DNA of 64,000 nucleotides from positions 25,297 to 89,296 of the forward strand of contig JBHJGN010000008.1 of assembly GCA_050331735.1 (NCBI GenBank), written 5' to 3'. A program made the translations under genes and the position numbers. Source of the stretch: Cyanophyceae cyanobacterium. GTDB taxonomy: Bacteria; Cyanobacteriota; Cyanobacteriia; Cyanobacteriales; JBHJGN01. The notes below the pieces were generated by a model. It was not told the origin of the DNA and did no database searches. It saw only the letters and a list, made by a program, of their open reading frames with translations. Positions 61,709 through 64,000 of the stretch are shown piece by piece. Positions within the stretch are counted from its first letter, which is position 1, and each line of letters starts with the position of its first letter.

Positions 61709-62542
61709 TTATCCCTCTTTGGTCGTGCGTGCGTGTTTTAACTGTAGTACGCGGTTCAATTTGCAGCTACGATAGCCTTCTAAATCTAAGGTGACGAACA
61801 TAAACCCTAAATTTTGAAACTTGGCAGTCAACTCCTCAAGGTCGATCGCGCTAACAAAAGCTTTAATTTGTTCTGGGGGTAGTTCGATCCTGGCGGTATC
61901 ACCCTGAGAACGCACCCGCAGATTTTTATAGCCCAGGTTACGCAGATAAATTTCGGCTCTACCTACCCTTTGTAGCTTTTCGACGGTAATTGCTTCGCCG
62001 TAGGGAAAACGGGAACTCAGACAGGGTTGAGCGGGTTTATCCCACCAAGAAAGCCCCAACAGCCGCGAAATCTCCCGCACTTCTAGTTTGCTTACACCCA
62101 CTTCAGCTAGAGGCGATCGCGCTCCTCGTTCTTTGGCTGCCTGAATACCTGGGCTATAGTCTTGAAAATCGTCGGAGTTAACTCCATCGATGACGTAGGG
62201 ATAACCCCGTTCTTTAGCTATGGGTTTGAGCGTGTCGTGGAGTTCGCTCTTGCAAAAATAACAGCGATTTACAGGGTTAGCAGTGTAGTTAGGGTTGTCC
62301 ATTTCACGAGTTTCTACCAGTTCGTGTTCGATCCCGATTTCTGCTGCCTGTAGCTGTGCCGCATCCAATTCTTCGGGCATCAAGGAAGGAGATACCGCAG
62401 TAATGGCAATGGCGCGATCGCCCAAAACCTCACAAGCAACTTTAGCAACCAAGGTACTATCAACTCCACCAGAGTAAGCAATTAAAGCTTGCTCCATCTC
62501 TTGAAATAAAGTTCTGAGTTGCTGTAATTTTGCTTCGCTCAT
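61709..62542 (-). CDS. larE: LarE-like PP-loop ATP-dependent sulfur transferase
   Basis: AYSGGVDS, RCYFCK, PCLSSR, LRVR. Confidence 0.9.
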   Translation of the reverse strand: MSEAKLQQLRTLFQEMEQALIAYSGGVDSTLVAKVACEVLGDRAIAITAVSPSLMPEELDAAQLQAAEIGIEHELVETREMDNPNYTANPVNRCYFCKSELHDTLKPIAKERGYPYVIDGVNSDDFQDYSPGIQAAKERGARSPLAEVGVSKLEVREISRLLGLSWWDKPAQPCLSSRFPYGEAITVEKLQRVGRAEIYLRNLGYKNLRVRSQGDTARIELPPEQIKAFVSAIDLEELTAKFQNLGFMFVTLDLEGYRSCKLNRVLQLKHARTTKEG

Positions 62543-62596
62543 CTAAAAACACGCGGGCAGCACGGAAACCCCTGTCTTTTGAGCAGGGGAGGAGTG

Positions 62597-63703
62597 CTAC
62601 GCGGGCAATTTATTGCCCGTCACCCATTGCGTCCTCCATGTGTTGTACGTTAAGAATTTAATGTCTTTGGGAATAGCTGATTGTGTTAATCTTTTCCCCG
62701 TGAAAATTGAGTGCAAGCTAATGACTTTGCGACTCGGCTCTTTCTTGGTAGGCTTCAGCATTTCACCTCCAACGTAAGTCAATCCCCATTTGGGATGCTG
62801 AACTCGCGAACCGCGTTTGAAACCAGCAGATATCGTACCCCCATAAGGAGAGCGAATCTGCCCTGGTGCGTGTTCGAGCCTGTGAAGCTGCCGTCGATGA
62901 AACCGTAGCGGCGTAACTACTAACAAGTCTTTGTTGCTAGGTTGAGATAACCCACCTACAGCAGAGTAAGCTAAAGCAAAACTATCAACGCAGTGAGCCG
63001 AAAAGACTGCTGCCATTTTATTTCTAGTTTTTTTTAGACTTAACTGTTCTCTAAGTTCGGCGCGGACTGGAGTCCGCCGACGCGCTCGAAGCGCGGCGAT
63101 TCGCTCCAGCGAATGATGACCTTGTAGTAACTCGACAGGGGCAAGTTTCTGTAATTGAGAGTAAAACCAGTCTTTTCCTACCTGAAGCGGTGAGAATGTA
63201 ATTCCCCATTTACCTCCGTAGGCTCTAGCTTTTACATCTTCAACTACAAAAACAGAAATTGGGTAGATCTTTGATAACCAATTGGCTATCCGTAACTTCC
63301 ATTGCCAACGGGCTTTGGTGCTAGGAGCGAGCGCTATTTTGTTTCTTAGCCTGTTCCATCTAGGCTGGCGACAAGGTGTTTTGCGGTAGCGTCTAGATCT
63401 ACGCATCTCGCGTCTAGTCTTGATGTGCTTTTTTACCCAATCAACTGTTACTGCCTGAATATTCAGATACTGGTGAAGGCTTGACTTAACTGTATAGCCT
63501 TCCATTCGGCTACCTGGGTCAATACCACAAGCTATAGGTTGATAATTTCTAGCTGACGGTTCTTGGTTCAGGCGAACACAAAATATGCCGCGCTTCCAGA
63601 ATGGGGTTGCTTTGCCAGACTTAATCCATCTCGCAGCACGGGCTGGAGTGGTGGGCATTAAAGGTCTTTGGTCGTAATCTACAACTGGCACTTTGCTTTG
63701 CAT
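62597..63703 (-). CDS. isrB: IsrB RNA-guided nickase (PLMP, RuvC, no HNH)
   Basis: PLMP, GIDPG RuvC-I, Arg-rich bridge helix, VEDV RuvC-II, HCVD RuvC-III, HRRQLH; 368 aa; no HNH or CxxC. Confidence 0.88.
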   Translation of the reverse strand: MQSKVPVVDYDQRPLMPTTPARAARWIKSGKATPFWKRGIFCVRLNQEPSARNYQPIACGIDPGSRMEGYTVKSSLHQYLNIQAVTVDWVKKHIKTRREMRRSRRYRKTPCRQPRWNRLRNKIALAPSTKARWQWKLRIANWLSKIYPISVFVVEDVKARAYGGKWGITFSPLQVGKDWFYSQLQKLAPVELLQGHHSLERIAALRARRRTPVRAELREQLSLKKTRNKMAAVFSAHCVDSFALAYSAVGGLSQPSNKDLLVVTPLRFHRRQLHRLEHAPGQIRSPYGGTISAGFKRGSRVQHPKWGLTYVGGEMLKPTKKEPSRKVISLHSIFTGKRLTQSAIPKDIKFLTYNTWRTQWVTGNKLPA

Positions 63704-64000
63704 GGCAGTAAGCCTGTATGTTTACTTCCCTTCGCTACTGACTAACACAGAGGAACAAAATTAGGGAGGCGTTCTGTTCGTGTTTCGGACTGCTACGTCC
63801 AGTTAGTTCAGTGTAAGTGCGGGCGGCATAAACATTCGAGGAAACAGGGCGTTCTCCCAACGCCGAGCCGTTAGCTAACGGCTCCGTCGTTTCCAACGAC
63901 GCTAATGACGCGCCCTTAGCTAGACACTGGTTTAACTTAGCCTTTACCGATTAGCTGTCGGCAGTGCCCAGCCCCCGAATAGAATTCGGGGGTTAGTGAC
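63704..64000 (-). ncRNA. omega-RNA scaffold of the IsrB element (guide would lie beyond the window)
   Basis: ~300-nt multi-hairpin non-coding leader between the element end and isrB; late CCTCCCTAAT...CCTCTGT and GCGAAGGGAA segments resemble omega-RNA 3' parts. Confidence 0.75.

Larger units (their letters stand above)
62543..64000 (-). mobile_element. IS200/IS605-superfamily IsrB (OMEGA) element without tnpA
   Basis: 5' end GTCACTAACCCCCGAAT...ATTCGGGGG at the window edge; 3' hairpin CCCCTG...CAGGGGTTTCC; ATGA immediately after the end. Confidence 0.82.

Noticed and set aside
62597..63703. IscB, Cas9 or TnpB call for the terminal ORF
   Set aside because: PLMP excludes TnpB; absence of HNH and the short length indicate IsrB

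Overview
This is a 64-kb chromosomal segment of a cyanobacterium: HIP1 GCGATCGC is frequent and patD, csaB, DUF3531, DUF2808 and Uma2 genes are present. Housekeeping genes (grxC, gshB, relA/spoT, aroK, argB, pfkA, hisA, ggt, msrP, larE-like) are interleaved with accessory DNA. The accessory DNA includes a probable Yfr2 sRNA, an internally deleted IS605/TnpB element, an MNT-HEPN toxin-antitoxin pair and a 3.3-kb cargo segment bounded by ~50-bp inverted repeats. It also includes a three-gene fragment of a cyanobacterial type IV secretion locus, a DXCF cyanobacteriochrome kinase, two very large RTX-tailed multi-domain phosphatases/nucleases and a frameshifted BsuBI/PstI-type methyltransferase-endonuclease fusion. 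At the right edge is an IsrB (OMEGA nickase) element with its omega-RNA region, inserted directly before the ATGA start of the larE-like gene. The least explained signal is a set of tiny insertions that conserve structure but not sequence: three ~50-nt triple-hairpin inserts (in isrB, in its omega-RNA region and in a neighbouring gene), a 45-nt in-frame hairpin insert in the endonuclease, and arrays of covarying mini-hairpins in TTTCCCC tracts. No rRNA, tRNA or CRISPR array was seen. All family calls come from motif recognition by eye; no searches were run.
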